Positions 28,003 to 37,685 are shown, counted from the stretch's first letter. The stretch: DNA of 64,000 nt from Polyangiaceae bacterium (GCA_033763455.1 JANRKO010000073.1:32001-96000); one strand, 5' to 3'. The notes: generated by a model not told the origin, from the letters alone. Numbers and translations: made by a program.

Positions 28003-28671
28003 GTGGTAAGCCCCGTAAGCAATCAACCCCCCCTATTAGGAGTCAATGCCTCGAAGGAATCGGGCATGGGGAAAGATGATTTTCTGAAGCTTTTGGTCGC
28101 TCAATTGAAGCACCAAGACCCATTGAAGCCCGTAGAAAATACGGAGTTTGTAAGCCAGCTCGCGCAGTTTTCCTCGCTCGAACAAACCATGGGCATCAAT
28201 AGCCGCTTGGACCTTCTGGCGATGCAGAGCAAAGGCCAATCCAATACCGATGCGGTCGGCTTCATCGGTAAACACGTGAGTGTTGCTGGCAACGCTATCA
28301 CCCTAGATTCCAGTGGTACGGGGGCATCTGTGGGGTTTGAGCTCGCGGGGGACGCCGAGAAGACCAGCGTTGTTATCCACGACCAAAACGGGAAAACGGT
28401 GCGCACGTTGGACGTCGGGAAACATGCCGCCGGTGCCGTGAAGGTGCAGTGGGATGGCAAGAATTCCGATGGCATCACGCAACCGCCAGGCACCTATTCG
28501 GTTACCATAGAGGCGCAGAGTGCCGATGATTCTGCCGTATATGCCATTCAAAAGACACAAGGCACCGTGACTGGTGTCTCGTTCGATCGCGGCTACGCCG
28601 TGCTCACTCTCGACAACGGTGTGACAGCACCAGTCTCGGATCTCCTCGAGGTCCAGGCAACAGCCAAGTAG
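28003..28671 (+). CDS. flgD: Hook capping protein FlgD
   Basis: FLKLLVAQL..QDPL.P, QLAQFS.LEQ, WDGK...G..Y. Confidence 0.96.
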   Translation: MVSPVSNQPPLLGVNASKESGMGKDDFLKLLVAQLKHQDPLKPVENTEFVSQLAQFSSLEQTMGINSRLDLLAMQSKGQSNTDAVGFIGKHVSVAGNAITLDSSGTGASVGFELAGDAEKTSVVIHDQNGKTVRTLDVGKHAAGAVKVQWDGKNSDGITQPPGTYSVTIEAQSADDSAVYAIQKTQGTVTGVSFDRGYAVLTLDNGVTAPVSDLLEVQATAK

Positions 28672-28689
28672 TCCTAAGGAGTCAAACAC

Positions 28690-29985
28690 ATGCTCAAAGC
28701 TTTGAACACAGGCGTTTCTGGGATGCGGGCCGAAGGCGAAGCCATCAGTGTGGTCGGCGATAACATAGCGAACGTGAACACCGTTGGCTTTAAGCGGCAA
28801 CGCTCCATTTTCGAAGACATGCTTGGCCGTTCGGTCATCCAAGGAACCAGTGCAAAGCTTCCGGGGTCGGGAGTAACGCTCTCCAAAGTTCAGAACATGT
28901 TCCACCAGGGAACGCTTTCTAGTACGGGCGTTTCGACGGATTTGGCACTCAACGGTGAAGGCTTTTTTGTTGTGAACGGCACCGTGGGTGGCGTAACTGG
29001 CGACTTCTATTCGCGCGCCGGGCAATTCACCGTCGACAACGGTGGCTTGCTGGTAAATCCCTCTGGAATGAGGGTTCAAGGCTTCAAGGCAAATCCTGAT
29101 GGCACATTTGCCTCTGGCCTTTCAGACGTCCAAATTCCTCTCAACGCGATTCCTCCAAAGATAACCGCTAATGCCAAGGTAGTGGCCAACCTCGATTCCT
29201 CTTCGACGCCCCCTACCCTCGCGTGGGATCCGCTGGATCCTACCGCAACCTCCAATGGCTCAACCTCGATGACGGTTTACGATTCGCTTGGAAACGGGCA
29301 CAGCATGGACATCTACTTCCGCAACAACGGCGCGGGCACGTGGGAATACCACGTGATTGCTTCGGGCGATGAGGTCAACCCGGCTCAGCCCGGCAGGAAC
29401 GTCGAGATCGGCTCGGGCACAATGTCTTTCAACACCTCCGGAGCGCTCGATACAATGACCCCCGGCGTCCCAGTCACCGTGGACTTCACCAACGCCGCCC
29501 CCGGTCAGGTCATCAACCTGGATTTCGGTTCCCAGGTATCTGTTCCCCCCGGCACGGGCCTGGATGGCCTCACCCAGTTTGCTTCCAAAACAAGTGTCGA
29601 CCAGCAATCCCAAGACGGCTACGCCGCCGGTGAGTTCAGCGGCGTCAGCGTAACCAGCCAAGGCGTCGTGGAAGGCCTGTACACCAACGGCCAGAAGATC
29701 CCCATTTCTCAGTTGGGCGTGGCTAAGTTCACCTCCAATGACGGTCTGAGCCGCGCAAGCAATGGTCTTTGGATGCAAACTCGTGAAAGCGGCGAGCCAG
29801 CAATTGGGACCGCCACCGCAGGGGGCCGCGGGGCCATCTCGGGCGGAGCGCTCGAATCATCCAACGTAGATCTCGCCGAAGAGTTCGTGGATCTCATCAC
29901 ACATCAGCGCGCTTTTGCGGCCAACTCTCGCACCATCACCACCGCAGATGAGATGCTCCAAGAAACCCTCCAGCTCAAGCGCTAA
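28690..29985 (+). CDS. flgE: Hook protein FlgE
   Basis: NIANVNTVGFK, DLALNGEGFF, VYDSLG, QDGY..G, LE.SNVDLA.EF. Confidence 0.97.
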   Translation: MLKALNTGVSGMRAEGEAISVVGDNIANVNTVGFKRQRSIFEDMLGRSVIQGTSAKLPGSGVTLSKVQNMFHQGTLSSTGVSTDLALNGEGFFVVNGTVGGVTGDFYSRAGQFTVDNGGLLVNPSGMRVQGFKANPDGTFASGLSDVQIPLNAIPPKITANAKVVANLDSSSTPPTLAWDPLDPTATSNGSTSMTVYDSLGNGHSMDIYFRNNGAGTWEYHVIASGDEVNPAQPGRNVEIGSGTMSFNTSGALDTMTPGVPVTVDFTNAAPGQVINLDFGSQVSVPPGTGLDGLTQFASKTSVDQQSQDGYAAGEFSGVSVTSQGVVEGLYTNGQKIPISQLGVAKFTSNDGLSRASNGLWMQTRESGEPAIGTATAGGRGAISGGALESSNVDLAEEFVDLITHQRAFAANSRTITTADEMLQETLQLKR

Positions 29986-30024
29986 TCGGGCTCGTGAACT
30001 GACTAAAACTTAGCGAGGTCTCAC

Positions 30025-30609
30025 GTGTCAGACGACGAAGAGAACAAAGACGAGAAGGCCGCTCCCAAGAAGAAACCCGTAGTTCTCTTTGCCATTATTG
30101 GCGTGGTTCTACTCGGCGGAGTCGGGGCAGCGGTCGTGTTCGCTGGGCCCGCACTCGGGATCGGAGGGGACGAGAGCGCAGCGGAGGCAAAAGCCACCAA
30201 GAAGAAGAAGAAACCCAAGAAGGGTGAGGCAAAAGCCGCGGACGGCGAAAGTGCGGACGGCGAAGCTGATCTCCCCGAAGAAGATCCGGCAACAGCCGGC
30301 ATCAAAAGCAAGATATCACGCCTGAATTCACTGGTTGTGGACGTCCAAGATACAGACGGTTCACGCCACCACGTGAAGATCAACATTGCCGTCGAGCATC
30401 CCGAAGGCAAAGAGGAAGAGTTCGTGACCCTAGAGCCCCGCGCCCGAGAGTCGCTCATTCTGTACCTTCGCACGCTCAACTTCGCGCAAGCCACTGATCC
30501 AAACGGCTTCGGTAAGATTCGGGATGAAGTCATCCAGAGGATGCGCAAGGCCTTTGGCGAGGAGTTTCCCGCACGCAGGATCCTCATCACCGATTTTGTT
30601 GCCCAATGA
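30025..30609 (+). CDS. fliL: FliL basal-body-associated protein
   Basis: Single N-terminal TM, charged linker, C-terminal ...ITDFVAQ; precedes fliM. Confidence 0.85.
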   Translation: MSDDEENKDEKAAPKKKPVVLFAIIGVVLLGGVGAAVVFAGPALGIGGDESAAEAKATKKKKKPKKGEAKAADGESADGEADLPEEDPATAGIKSKISRLNSLVVDVQDTDGSRHHVKINIAVEHPEGKEEEFVTLEPRARESLILYLRTLNFAQATDPNGFGKIRDEVIQRMRKAFGEEFPARRILITDFVAQ

Positions 30610-31481
30610 GCCTCGACCCAGACTCGGTTCAGCCTCTCGATCTCACCGGAAGAGATCGCCAAGTGCGGTCAGCAATGGGCATAATGTCGCACATTGCCGC
30701 CAATTTTTCCCGCGCAGCCCGCCGCACCCTACCTTTTTTGGTTAAGCAGAAGGGTCGCCTCGTGCCGGGTGCGGTGGCATTTACCTCTCCGTCTGACGAC
30801 GAACCAGCGGATGGACCACGCTTCGTAGTGTCGTTGGAGGCTGACGAAGGAAACGGCTGGGCGGATCTCACGCTGGATGCGGCCGCGATTTCGGTAATGC
30901 TCGATGGTGCCCTTGGGGCGGCGGGCGGCACTGAATCTGCCGTCCTGACGCAGGAATTGACGCTCGCTCAGCGAGCGCTCATTACGCGAGTCGCCCGTTC
31001 GTTAGCAGGCGACTTCGCGCAAGCGTGTCGTGAGGAATCGGGAGTCCCCGTCAAGGTTGTGTCGGCACGCGCAGTTGCCCCCGGGGAAAATGGGAACAAG
31101 CCGAGTACCCAAGGCATGTATGTGCGTTGTGATTTTGACGGGATGCCCGTCAAAGCGTCGATCACTCTGGGCGTTAGCTCTACCGGTTTGGAAGAGGCTG
31201 CGCGCGAAGTAGCCGAAGGTCAAACTGGCCACTTTGAGGGGGATCCACGGGTTGCTGACGCTATCCGCGACGTCTCTTTGACGCTCATCGCGGAACTCGG
31301 GAACGTGAAACTCAATCTACGCGAGGTTCTACGACTCCAGGCGGGCGACGTTCTGCGCTTGAATACCGCCATCGATGATCCAATCACCATCCGTGTTGGT
31401 CAATTAGTGAAGCTTAGAGGGTCTCCTGTCATCTCGCGCGGTCAGCTGGCCATCGAGATCCGAGGTCGGCACGGGTTGTGA
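30606..31481 (+). CDS. fliM: Motor switch protein FliM (lacks N-terminal CheY-binding peptide)
   Basis: V..LDL...DR start, D..LG motif, C-terminal SpoA domain (L.L..GDVL.L); between fliL and fliN. Confidence 0.8.
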   Translation: MSLDPDSVQPLDLTGRDRQVRSAMGIMSHIAANFSRAARRTLPFLVKQKGRLVPGAVAFTSPSDDEPADGPRFVVSLEADEGNGWADLTLDAAAISVMLDGALGAAGGTESAVLTQELTLAQRALITRVARSLAGDFAQACREESGVPVKVVSARAVAPGENGNKPSTQGMYVRCDFDGMPVKASITLGVSSTGLEEAAREVAEGQTGHFEGDPRVADAIRDVSLTLIAELGNVKLNLREVLRLQAGDVLRLNTAIDDPITIRVGQLVKLRGSPVISRGQLAIEIRGRHGL

Positions 31482-31498
31482 ATAGGAAGGCGTTGGAC

Positions 31499-31942
31499 AT
31501 GACCGACGCCTTCGACGAAAAGAACCCTGGACGCCCTCGACCCCACAGCAACCCCCCCGACGACATGGTCTCCATGGGGTCGCTGGACGAGGAGCTGGAC
31601 GCTGACGAGCGGCGCGGGCATCCAGGCGTCGCGCCGATGCCTGCAGCGAAGGCTTCGGCATCGCACGGACCTGGTGCTCGTGGCCTGGATAGCCTGGCGT
31701 TCGTGATGGATGTTCCGGTCGAGGTCACCGTCGAAATCGGGCGTCGGACGATGAAGATTGCGGACGTTCTCCGTCTCGGCCCCGGGTCAGTTCTTGAGCT
31801 CGACAAGGCTAGCGGTGAGCCCCTCGATATACTGGTGAACAACCGTTTGGTCGCGCGCGGAGAGGCCGTAGTTGTCGGAGAACGCTACGGCATCCGCCTT
31901 ACCGAGGTTTTGGTCAACGAAGACACACGCGGAGGACAGTGA
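31499..31942 (+). CDS. fliN: Motor switch protein FliN
   Basis: DVPVEVTVEIG, LGPGSVLEL, GEP, ARGE.VVV...YGIR. Alternative GTG start at 31478. Confidence 0.95.
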   Translation: MTDAFDEKNPGRPRPHSNPPDDMVSMGSLDEELDADERRGHPGVAPMPAAKASASHGPGARGLDSLAFVMDVPVEVTVEIGRRTMKIADVLRLGPGSVLELDKASGEPLDILVNNRLVARGEAVVVGERYGIRLTEVLVNEDTRGGQ

Positions 31943-32727
31943 TGCGAAACTCAATCATCTTGGCAACTCTATTGACGCTTAGCTTTGGCGGAGCGGTAGA
32001 CGCCCGCGCGGAAAACACCCCCACCGTTGCACCTGCAACCGCCACCCAATCCGCTGTAGCCCCCAGTCCCGCGGTCGCTTCTTCGGACACGGAGTTGCAA
32101 GCCCTCAAGGCTAAGTGGGCTCACTCTGAGCCGGCGAAGGCTGAAACGAACTGGTTGCGGAAACAGAGTCCTGAGATCGCGCAAGCGGCAGACGCCAGCA
32201 GCTCCTGGCGCACGGTGCTCGCGCTCCTGGCACTTGCGGGATTGGTGACCTTCACATGGTTCGCCCGACAACGCAGCAAAACTGCTCGCCCGGCGCCTTC
32301 CCTCGGCAACATCAAAGTCCTAGGCTCCTCTCGAATTGGGCCAAAAGCCCAAATTGTCGTCGCCGAAATCGCGGGGCAAACGTTTCTTCTCGGCGTGACT
32401 GAACACCAGATCACCCGCCTCGCCGAAGTGAGTGAACCGGCAACAAAGAGTAGCCGCCCAAGCCGAGTACGGCCCCAAGAGCACGAGGAAGATCCCTTTG
32501 CACACGACCCCATCCCAGCGAACGGTGCTGGGCGCTTTGCTGAGATGCTGAAAACGACACTGAACTCATCCACACGCAGTGGCCGCCCTCAGGCCTCCGA
32601 TATTGCGACAGATGAAACGGATGACGTTGTCTCCAGCAGGAGCACACTTCGAAGCAGCCGACGCCCGCCGCGATGGAACCTCGATGAACAAGCGGCTGGC
32701 CTGTTTTCACAGCTGAATGGAAAGTAA
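31939..32727 (+). CDS. fliO: FliO with N-terminal signal-like extension
   Basis: TM followed by IKVL....IGPK..I.V.E....LLGVT...I..L. Confidence 0.85.
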   Translation: MMRNSIILATLLTLSFGGAVDARAENTPTVAPATATQSAVAPSPAVASSDTELQALKAKWAHSEPAKAETNWLRKQSPEIAQAADASSSWRTVLALLALAGLVTFTWFARQRSKTARPAPSLGNIKVLGSSRIGPKAQIVVAEIAGQTFLLGVTEHQITRLAEVSEPATKSSRPSRVRPQEHEEDPFAHDPIPANGAGRFAEMLKTTLNSSTRSGRPQASDIATDETDDVVSSRSTLRSSRRPPRWNLDEQAAGLFSQLNGK

Positions 32728-33389
32728 TGAACGAAGCCGCCGAACAGCTGCTTTCCAAGCAAGAGCTTGCGCCTTCGCTCAAGATCCTGCTCGTTCTCAC
32801 CTTGCTGGCGCTCTTGCCAGCAATCCTCATCAGCATGACTTCGTTCGTGCGCACGGTGGTGGTGCTTTCCTTCGTCCGCCAGGGCGTAGGAACACCACAA
32901 ACTCCACCGAGCCAGGTGATCATTGGACTCTCCCTCTTTCTCACGATGTTCACGATGGCGCCTGTCTTCAATGAGATGAAGGAGAAAGCCTTTGACCCCT
33001 ATATGCAGGGCCAAGTGAGCGACATCCAAGCGATTGAAACCGCGAGCTTTCCTCTCAAGCGGTTCATGTTGCGTCAAACACGAGAGACGGACCTGCTCCT
33101 ATTTTACGACGCCACAAAGACTGCCCTCCCGAAAAGTCCGGATGACGTACCCATCCGTATGGCTCTGCCAGCGTTCGTCATCTCCGAGCTCACCACAGCG
33201 TTCCACATGGGTGCACTCATCCTATTGCCATTTTTAGTGGTGGATCTTGCCGTGGCATCCCTCCTCATGAGCATGGGCATGATGATGGTGCCTCCGGCGA
33301 CCCTAAGCTTGCCGATTAAATTGATATTGTTTGTCTTGGTCGATGGCTGGCACTTGGTAGCAGGCGCGCTGATGAAGAGCTTTGTATGA
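32727..33389 (+). CDS. fliP: Export gate FliP
   Basis: MTSF.R, Q.PP.Q, PAF.ISEL..AF, MGMMMVPP, LFVLVDGW. Confidence 0.97.
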   Translation: MNEAAEQLLSKQELAPSLKILLVLTLLALLPAILISMTSFVRTVVVLSFVRQGVGTPQTPPSQVIIGLSLFLTMFTMAPVFNEMKEKAFDPYMQGQVSDIQAIETASFPLKRFMLRQTRETDLLLFYDATKTALPKSPDDVPIRMALPAFVISELTTAFHMGALILLPFLVVDLAVASLLMSMGMMMVPPATLSLPIKLILFVLVDGWHLVAGALMKSFV

Positions 33390-33655
33390 CAACTGACGCA
33401 GCTGTTGACCTCTTTCGCAACGCCATGCTGCTGGGCGCGAAGATTAGCGGGCCCCTTCTACTCGTGGCCCTCGTCGTAGGTCTGCTCATCGGCATTCTAC
33501 AGGCAGCGACGCAGGTGAACGAATCCAGCATTGCCTTCGTGGTTAAGCTCTTGGCCCTTGGGGTTGCGCTTGCCGTGCTTGGCTCCTGGATCGTCACAGA
33601 ACTTGTTAATTACACATCCCACAGCCTCCAATCCATTGCGACAGTGGTCCGGTGA
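33386..33655 (+). CDS. fliQ: Export gate FliQ
   Basis: GL.I...QA.TQVNE...F..K. Confidence 0.95.
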   Translation: MTTDAAVDLFRNAMLLGAKISGPLLLVALVVGLLIGILQAATQVNESSIAFVVKLLALGVALAVLGSWIVTELVNYTSHSLQSIATVVR

Positions 33656-34443
33656 ATGACGTCCAAAACATATTCTCAACGCTCGTCCAGGCGGAAATTC
33701 TCGCCTTTTCGTTTCAAACCGCGCGCATTTCGGGTGCTCTCATTACCGCCCCCTTGCCTTGGGCCCACGCCCCCGTTCGGTTCCGAGCCGCCCTCGCGAT
33801 CGCCCTCGGGCTTGTGGCTCATGGCGCAAGCCGCGCAGCACCGGAGGTTATCAACGGCGCCCCCTTGGCGCTGGCGCTCGCCGGGTTTTCGGAGTTAATG
33901 CTCGGAGCCGCAATCGGATTTGTAGTGCGGCTCACCGTGGCTGTAGCCGAGATTATGGCTAGCGCCATCTCTCCCAGTATCGGTCTTGGCGCTGCAGAAA
34001 TTTTTAGCCCGGGCTTTGGCAACGAGAACCTCCTAGGCCAATTCCTACGACTTTTCGCCATTTCAGGCGCTCTAATATTGGGCGTACATCGCCAGCTTCT
34101 GGGCTCTTTGCTTTCGAGCTTTCGAGTGATCCCGCCGGGCACCTTGCTGAACCCAGCACCACTTGGGCCTGTGCTTTTGGAGCTTACAAGCGGAGCCATT
34201 GAGACGGGAGTGCGTTTATCATTGCCGATCCTGGCGGTGCTGTTCGTTATCCAATTGGCACTCGCGTTCATTTCCCGCGCAGCACCCGCCATGCAAATTT
34301 TCTCGGTGGGGTTTGCGGTCACCATCATCTCGGGCATGGCGGTGATCGTCATTTTCCTGCCGGAGCTGAGCCAAGACCTCCTCGGCGATGCTTCCCACGT
34401 GCCAGATCGAATTGGGCAAATTTTAAGAGCCGTGGTGCGCTGA
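33652..34443 (+). CDS. fliR: Export gate FliR
   Basis: E...G...GF, SRAAP.M.IF.VGF; multiple TM segments. Confidence 0.93.
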   Translation: MNDVQNIFSTLVQAEILAFSFQTARISGALITAPLPWAHAPVRFRAALAIALGLVAHGASRAAPEVINGAPLALALAGFSELMLGAAIGFVVRLTVAVAEIMASAISPSIGLGAAEIFSPGFGNENLLGQFLRLFAISGALILGVHRQLLGSLLSSFRVIPPGTLLNPAPLGPVLLELTSGAIETGVRLSLPILAVLFVIQLALAFISRAAPAMQIFSVGFAVTIISGMAVIVIFLPELSQDLLGDASHVPDRIGQILRAVVR

Positions 34444-34444
34444 C

Positions 34445-35509
34445 GTGGCCGAGTCAGATACCGAAAAAACACTCGAACCAACTCCAGAACGAGTACAAAA
34501 AGCCCGTGAAGAGGGCCAATTCGCGCGTAGCCGTGACGGCGGAGCTACAGCGGCATCTGTGGCTGTGTTGGGATGTTTGATCGCCCTTGGCACGAACCTG
34601 AGCGAGATCTTGCGCGAGTTTTCGCTCATCTGCTTTACAAGCCCGGCACACGTTTTCGATGCGTCATTCTCAGCCATCGCTTCACAGATGCTGTTGGCGC
34701 TCGTGAAGCTCATTCTGCCAATTGCTGTGGCAGGAGCCCTGGCGGGGACGGCCGTTGGCTTTCTGGAAGCTGGCTTTCACCCTTCGTTCGAACTGGTCGC
34801 ACCCAAGTGGGAGCGCCTCGATCCGATCAGCAAGCTGAAGAACATGTTCTCCTTCAAGGAAGCCGCCACGGGTACACTGCTCAGCTTGTTCCGAGTGGGC
34901 GCCGTGGGAATGGTGGCTTACTGGGTAATTCGCGCCGATTTGCCCACCCTCATCAAACTGAGTCGCACCAGCCTAGGCGCCGGTGCGCACGGCGCCATCC
35001 AGGTTTCGATCCGCCTCGCGTTTTGGTCAAGCTTTGTGCTCGTGATCATGGCGGCAGCTGATTACGCGCAGTCTTGGTGGCGCCAACGCCAGGAACTTCT
35101 AATGTCGCGCGAAGAAATGCGCGAGGAAATGAAGCAGCAGGAAGGTAGCCCTGAAATCAAGGCCCGGCGCCGACAACTCGCTCGCGACCTTTTGAATCGT
35201 GGCCTCTCGCGCGGTGTGCGCGAAGCCGACGTTATCATTGTTAATCCGACTCACGTATCGGTGGCGCTTCGTTATCGTGCCGACAGGGGGGCCCCAATCG
35301 TGACGGCTAAAGGCTACGATGAAGTGGCTCTCCACATCCGACAACTCGCCAAACAGTACGAAGTTCCCCTTGTCGAGAACATACCTCTCGCGCGTGCACT
35401 CGCCGCCCAGGTAAAGGTGGGAAAGATGGTGCCGGTGGACCTGTACGGCGCCGTCGCCGAGGTCTTGGCCTTCGTATATCGTATGAAGAACCGGGGCTTG
35501 AAGGCGTAG
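34445..35509 (+). CDS. flhB: Export switch protein FlhB
   Basis: EKT..PT, EG.P.IK, intact NPTH autocleavage site, L..AVAEVL. Confidence 0.96.
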   Translation: MAESDTEKTLEPTPERVQKAREEGQFARSRDGGATAASVAVLGCLIALGTNLSEILREFSLICFTSPAHVFDASFSAIASQMLLALVKLILPIAVAGALAGTAVGFLEAGFHPSFELVAPKWERLDPISKLKNMFSFKEAATGTLLSLFRVGAVGMVAYWVIRADLPTLIKLSRTSLGAGAHGAIQVSIRLAFWSSFVLVIMAAADYAQSWWRQRQELLMSREEMREEMKQQEGSPEIKARRRQLARDLLNRGLSRGVREADVIIVNPTHVSVALRYRADRGAPIVTAKGYDEVALHIRQLAKQYEVPLVENIPLARALAAQVKVGKMVPVDLYGAVAEVLAFVYRMKNRGLKA

Positions 35510-35539
35510 GCAGGAGTCATACCTTTACCGCAAGTGAGT

Positions 35540-35554
35540 TGGCACAGCTCTCGC
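35540..35554 (+). promoter_or_regulatory. sigma54 promoter of flhA-flhF-fliA-flgF-fliW
   Basis: TGGCAC-AGCTC-TCGC, ending 14 nt before the flhA GTG. Confidence 0.75.
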
Positions 35555-35567
35555 TAAGCGGCTCCTC

Positions 35568-37655
35568 GTGGCAGCGAGCGACCCTTTAAGTAAGCCGTCC
35601 GGCTCAGACAATTTGGGTGAATTGGTCGTCCCGCTCGCGGTTGTCTGCATCGTCCTCATGATGGTGCTGCCTCTACCACCTTTCTTGGTGGATTTTCTGC
35701 TGGCAGTGAGCCTGGCGTCCGCTATCGGCGTATTCCTGATCGGGTTATTCATGGAAGAGCCGCTGCAATTCAGCGCTTTTCCTGCCGTAATTCTGATTTC
35801 CACGCTGCTTCGTCTGGCGCTCAACGTGGCCACCACGAGGCTCATCCTACTGCATGGCGCTGAAGGTGGCGGGGCGGCAGGCAAAGTGGTGGAGACATTT
35901 GGCCGCTTTGTCGTGGAGGGAAATGTAGTTGTTGGGCTCGTGGTGTTCTTCATCCTCGTTGTCATCAACTTCGTGGTGATCACCAAAGGTGCGGGCCGCG
36001 TAGCTGAAGTTGCAGCTCGTTTTGCTCTCGACGCCCTGCCTGGCAAGCAGATGGCTATCGATGCTGAGCTCAATAGCGGCACGATTGACGCCGCGACGGC
36101 TCGCAAGAGAAGGCAGGATTTGGGCCGAGAAATGGACTTTTTCGGCGCCATGGACGGCTCGAGCAAGTTTGTAAAAGGCGACGCGATTGCCGGCCTTCTC
36201 ATTACCGGCATCAACCTCATCGGTGGCCTCTTAATCGGTATTTCCTCGGGCATGGACGTGGGGAAAGCAGCAGAAACCTTCTCTGTTCTGTCTGTCGGTG
36301 ACGCGCTGGTTTCGCAGATGCCCGCGCTCATGATCTCCACCGCCTCGGGCGTCGTAGTGACCCGTTCGGCTACCGGCATGCAGCTCGGCACAGCCATGCG
36401 AAAGCAGGTCCTCGGAAGTCGCCGAGCCATTGGCGCCACCGCCGGTCTTTTGACGCTGATGGCACTGGTGCCAGGAATGCCAGCGATCCCCTTCCTCCTT
36501 CTCGCTTCGGTGCTCGGCTATGGCGCTTATACTGGCAAGTTCGAGATCAAAGAGGCTCCGCCGCCACCCGTCGCCACCACCACCGACACGCCCCCGAGTC
36601 CGCAAGACGAGCTGGAAGCCGCGCTTGCCCTAGAGGTCCTCACCCTCGAGGTTGGGTACGAGCTTGTCCAAGCTGTGGACCCCTCCATGGGAGGTACAGT
36701 GGTGGACCGCATCAGCGCACTCAGAAAGCAATCCGCAGCCGAGCTAGGCATTGTGGTGCCTCCCGTCCACATCAAGGACAATCTTCAGCTGCCTCCAGGC
36801 GATTACCGCATCTTGCTCTTGGGCACTGAGATCGCCAGGGGCTCGACACGCGCCGGCAGACTGTTGGCGCTGGATTCGTCTGGGGAGATGCCAGATGTGC
36901 CCGGTGAGGTCACCAAGGAGCCGGCTTTTGGCACGCCCGCCAAGTGGATAGCCCGTGGTGATAAAGAGTTTGCCGAAGCGCTCGGCTACATTGTCGTGGA
37001 TCACGCCACGGTCATTGCCACTCATTTGGCCGAAATTGTGCGCCGTCATGCTCACCAGGTGCTCGGCCGTGCAGGGCTCACCCACCTGTTGGAGGTATTT
37101 AGCAAAACCACTCCGAAGCTCGTCGATGAGTTGGTCCCGAATTTGCTCTCCTTCGCTGAAGTGACGACCGTAATGCGAAATTTGCTCAAGGAGGGTGTTT
37201 CAATTCGAGACTTGCGCACCATCCTCGAGACGCTCGTCGAGCTGTCCCCTTCAACCCGCGACACCGAACAGCTCACCGAGGCGACCCGCCAACGCCTTTC
37301 CCGACAGATTACGGCAGCATATGCCGACGGCGAGGGCACGCTCTCACCCCTGGTGCTCGACACCGCCATCGAGGACATGTTCCGCCGTTCGCTGCGCGAA
37401 ATTGCGGCTGGGACTGGCGGCGCACTCGACCCGGCGGTCACCCGCGATCTCGGCAATGCGCTAGAGCTCGCCGTCAAGAACATGGAACGCGCCGGGCGTC
37501 GAGCCTGCCTCGTCACCAGCCCCGACCTCCGCCGCTATGTGCGCGCGTTTGCAGAGCGGCGGTGCCCCACTCTTGCTGTGCTTTCCTTCCGAGAGATTGA
37601 AGCCAGCTCCAACATCATTCCCTTTGAAGTCGTATCGGCCGCTCCGCGCGCCTAG
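35568..37655 (+). CDS. flhA: Export gate FlhA
   Basis: RLALNVATTR, RVAEVAARF.LDA.PGKQMAIDA, FFGAMDG.SKFVKGDAIAG. Confidence 0.98.
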   Translation: MAASDPLSKPSGSDNLGELVVPLAVVCIVLMMVLPLPPFLVDFLLAVSLASAIGVFLIGLFMEEPLQFSAFPAVILISTLLRLALNVATTRLILLHGAEGGGAAGKVVETFGRFVVEGNVVVGLVVFFILVVINFVVITKGAGRVAEVAARFALDALPGKQMAIDAELNSGTIDAATARKRRQDLGREMDFFGAMDGSSKFVKGDAIAGLLITGINLIGGLLIGISSGMDVGKAAETFSVLSVGDALVSQMPALMISTASGVVVTRSATGMQLGTAMRKQVLGSRRAIGATAGLLTLMALVPGMPAIPFLLLASVLGYGAYTGKFEIKEAPPPPVATTTDTPPSPQDELEAALALEVLTLEVGYELVQAVDPSMGGTVVDRISALRKQSAAELGIVVPPVHIKDNLQLPPGDYRILLLGTEIARGSTRAGRLLALDSSGEMPDVPGEVTKEPAFGTPAKWIARGDKEFAEALGYIVVDHATVIATHLAEIVRRHAHQVLGRAGLTHLLEVFSKTTPKLVDELVPNLLSFAEVTTVMRNLLKEGVSIRDLRTILETLVELSPSTRDTEQLTEATRQRLSRQITAAYADGEGTLSPLVLDTAIEDMFRRSLREIAAGTGGALDPAVTRDLGNALELAVKNMERAGRRACLVTSPDLRRYVRAFAERRCPTLAVLSFREIEASSNIIPFEVVSAAPRA

Positions 37656-37685
37656 TGGATTTGAAGCAACCTGGAGGCCCCAATC

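Noticed and set aside
22180..37655. Non-flagellar type III injectisome
   Set aside because: Rod, hook, L/P rings, flagellin, cap and FliA/FlgM are present; no secretin, needle or translocon genes.
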